A stretch of DNA of 61,455 bases, filler included, from Nemertoderma westbladi (taxonomy: Eukaryota > Animalia > Xenacoelomorpha): the NCBI GenBank assembly GCA_032718475.1. It is 3 parts of 3 records of this genome, joined end to end, with 100 filler letters (N's around TTAATTAATTAA, not from the genome) between each part and the next. Parts side by side here need not be neighbours in the genome. Positions count along the whole stretch, not along the records: positions 44,014 to 61,455 come from JAUCBJ010006038.1; 2 more parts are not named here. One strand, written 5' to 3'. Position 1 is the stretch's first letter. The number at the start of each line of letters is the position of its first letter. Under the pieces are notes generated by a model that saw only the letters and a program-made list of their open reading frames with translations, was not told where the DNA came from and made no database searches. Both the position numbers and the translations under genes were made by a program. Below, piece by piece: positions 58,859 to 61,455 of this stretch.

Positions 58859-60420
58859 CAGTCCCAATCCCAATAAGCATTAACTTGGTCGTTTTGGCGG
58901 CCAAAATGATCAAAATCGCCAAAAAAATGTAGTGTATTCCTATGGGCTACTTGGTCGTTTTGGCGAAGCGATTTAACTCGAATCAGCTCAATCCAGACAG
59001 TCTGTCTCCTTGGCCATCAATTTGGTGGATCTGACTAAATGTCGGCTCGCTTTCATTTTTATTATTGACAGATTGTTAACTTACCCGGAGCTGAGTCGGG
59101 CCTTGCAGTTGTAGTAGAGACCACCCACTACTGAGGCATTGATACAGCACAGGCTAATACGTAATAAGGGAGTTAGTTAGATGCGGCTTTGTTAAAAGGA
59201 GGAACTGTATGTATAATAATCGGATTTTGTGTGTTATTATTAGATAATCACTTCTCACCTTTTCCTTTGTGTAGCTTCAGTTTAGAGTCATTATGAAATG
59301 GCAACGTTCTATGAAGGCGGTCCTAATTATAGTTCTATAGTTAGTAGCTGGGTCTGTTACAGGGCAAGAGGCAGCTATTAAATGGCGACACTCTGTCTCG
59401 AACGAGTTCGGTACACTATGAAATTCAGCTTAGGTGGCGCGGCCTATTTCTAGTACAGTAGCTGGGTTTGAATTCGAGGGCGATAGTAACTGAAAACATT
59501 ACAATATCACAGTAGGCTCTGGCTCTTCCAGTACTAACAGAGTAGGCATATTTGGGTGATTTTATGATTATGTAAATATTATTTATCGAGACAGGGAGGG
59601 GGGGGGGGACTGGACGCAAAACTCGCCTTGACGAATTAATATCCCGCCTCAATGTTAAATTCTCAATTTAGGGAAAGGAGCAGGTTACAGTTGCACGTTA
59701 TTTTAACCAAAACAATAAATTAAACTTAAACATAAATGAACAGGTTACAGTTTTATTTTTAAGAGTAATCAGCTGTTGTTAATTATTAAAAAATTAAAAG
59801 TTTTATTTGTCAAATTTACCCTGGAGAGGGATGAATTTTTATTACGTCCAGTTCCCCCCCCCCCCCCCCCCCCCCCCCCCACCCTAACTGTATTTATGAG
59901 AGCATTTATATTATAGCGTACTAAAACAGCTAAATAAAGAAAAATCTGTGTAAAGTACTTTTCTCATATTTTAAATAAATTTTACGAATTCAATATAAGA
60001 ACTTGTTATTTTTATTACCAATCGAATAGAATAAAAGTAAATAATAAATTAATTATTACGCTGCAAGTGCTAGCACACAGCTTATAACCTAAGTGACACG
60101 TGACAGGTAAAGGTGTGTTAATTATTAGATTAGTAAAAAATAATATGTAGAAAATAATAAGTTAGGGCGCCTCACACTCCACTCTTACAGGCATGTTTAC
60201 TACAGTGGCGAGTCCAGTCGTTACTACATTGGAGCCTTTCTCTCTACCTAAGTGCCAACATGCTGGTCTTTACTTACACTGAGCCTCTATTCACTGGCTG
60301 TGATTGACAAGCCTACGTGCCTCAGGAGTCCCTTTCATGATTACCGCAGTTTTTATTTGGCCGTTTTGGTCATTTTGGTCGCCAAAATGACCAAGTTAAT
60401 GCTTATTGGGATTAGGACTG
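58859..60420. mobile_element. Tc1/mariner-type non-autonomous element with TA flanks
   Basis: About 60-bp TIRs starting CAGTCC(C/T)AATCCCAATAAGCATTAACTTGGTC; TA at 58857-58858 and 60421-60422. Confidence 0.82.
59593..59885. mobile_element. Nested MITE with G-run/C-run inverted ends
   Basis: aggg-G-run-actggacg versus cgtccagtt-C-run-accct; its core is shared with 49239-49400 and, reversed, with 60762-60834. Confidence 0.65.
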
Positions 60421-61455
60421 TAGCTGTAATAACTAAATGAGATGGCAAAAGGCAAATTACGTAGTAAATTAAAGTAGCTTGCTAAAGTCAATGCAAAATA
60501 TAGTTATCGTTGTGAAAAATACAATGTAATCCCCTGATTTCCTCGTTGTAAACCCAGGATATTGCTGTCTGTAGTATGTTCGTATGTTACTCATCGCAGC
60601 GCAGTTGCTGGGTTTCACCCGAAAATTTAACCTACTTTTTTATAATTACGCTGTAATTACTTAATTACTATAGTTATTTTATCTCGACCCTTCCATGCAG
60701 TGAGGGTTTGTTCCAAGCGAGAATTATAAAATTTCGTTTTTAGTATATTATACAGACTCTCAAAATTCATCCCTCCCCATAGGGTAAAATCGACGCAAAT
60801 TACAGCTGATTACTCTCTAAAATAAAAATGTAACCCCAGCAAATACATATCCAGCGATTAGCACGCTAATAGCGGGATGTACCATCCTGCTAATATCCCG
60901 CTATTTTTATAAGATAATATCCGGTAATAATCGCCGTAAAAGTGGTCCCCGCGATCGCGGCGTTTTTAGCGGGATAATTATCTGGTTTTTAGCGGTTCCT
61001 TAGCGGCACTTTAGCGTGGATTTAGCGGCATTTGTAGCTGCCCAGGTTAAAAAAAAATTCGCTTTGTCCAATCACATGGCGTTCCTTGTGCATACTCTGT
61101 GGAGAGAGGAGGGGAGGGGGGGAGGGGCTGGAGTGGTTAGCCTACCTTACCTACCCTATGCCTACACCTACACCCTACGGCCCTACACCTACAATAATAC
61201 TCTATACAAACTGGGATGTAATCGTTTGAGTATAATAGGAGAATATATAATGCATTAAGACTTAGGAGTATCCTATATAACTTTAAGCGTTCATCAAAAA
61301 ATATTAATTCGATTATTAAAATCTATATATTTGATCTTATTTACAACCATATTAGATAATTCATAATTATGTATTTATTAAAAATAATAAATTGTAAACT
61401 GTTTTTAATCGATTATTCGAAGATAAGAAACCATATATCTATCCAATAATTTCAG

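Noticed and set aside
60835-61045. Possible CCCAG-ended MITE with TAGCGG repeats
   Set aside because: The right terminus and TSD could not be defined.

Overview
Repeat-dense, AT-rich invertebrate animal genomic DNA from a draft assembly. Two N-gaps carry an artificial TTAATTAATTAA linker, so the window is three joined contigs. It opens with a perfect 2-kb (TGAC)n array. Bases 4-40 kb are mostly nested transposons: RTE and CR1/L2-group LINE fragments, a full-length two-ORF LINE with poly(A) and target-site duplication (TSD) inside a 73-bp satellite, a diverged relative of that LINE, an internally deleted P-superfamily element, two related Gypsy elements nested head-to-head, a CR1 with a PHD-finger ORF1, a Penelope fragment and several MITEs. 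Host genes are a broken fibrinogen-related-domain (FReD) gene, the first three coding exons of a nicotinic acetylcholine receptor subunit, and an intronless merlin/NF2-like gene. The most notable signals are: (1) a Gypsy integrase ending in a TAF3/ING-like PHD finger; (2) two diverged LINEs in which ORF1 and ORF2 are in frame, separated by one stop codon with no ATG, suggesting readthrough or non-AUG reinitiation; (3) a recurrent TA-GGCC-TA / TA-CCGG-TA micro-insertion signature. All calls come from manual reading; no searches were run.
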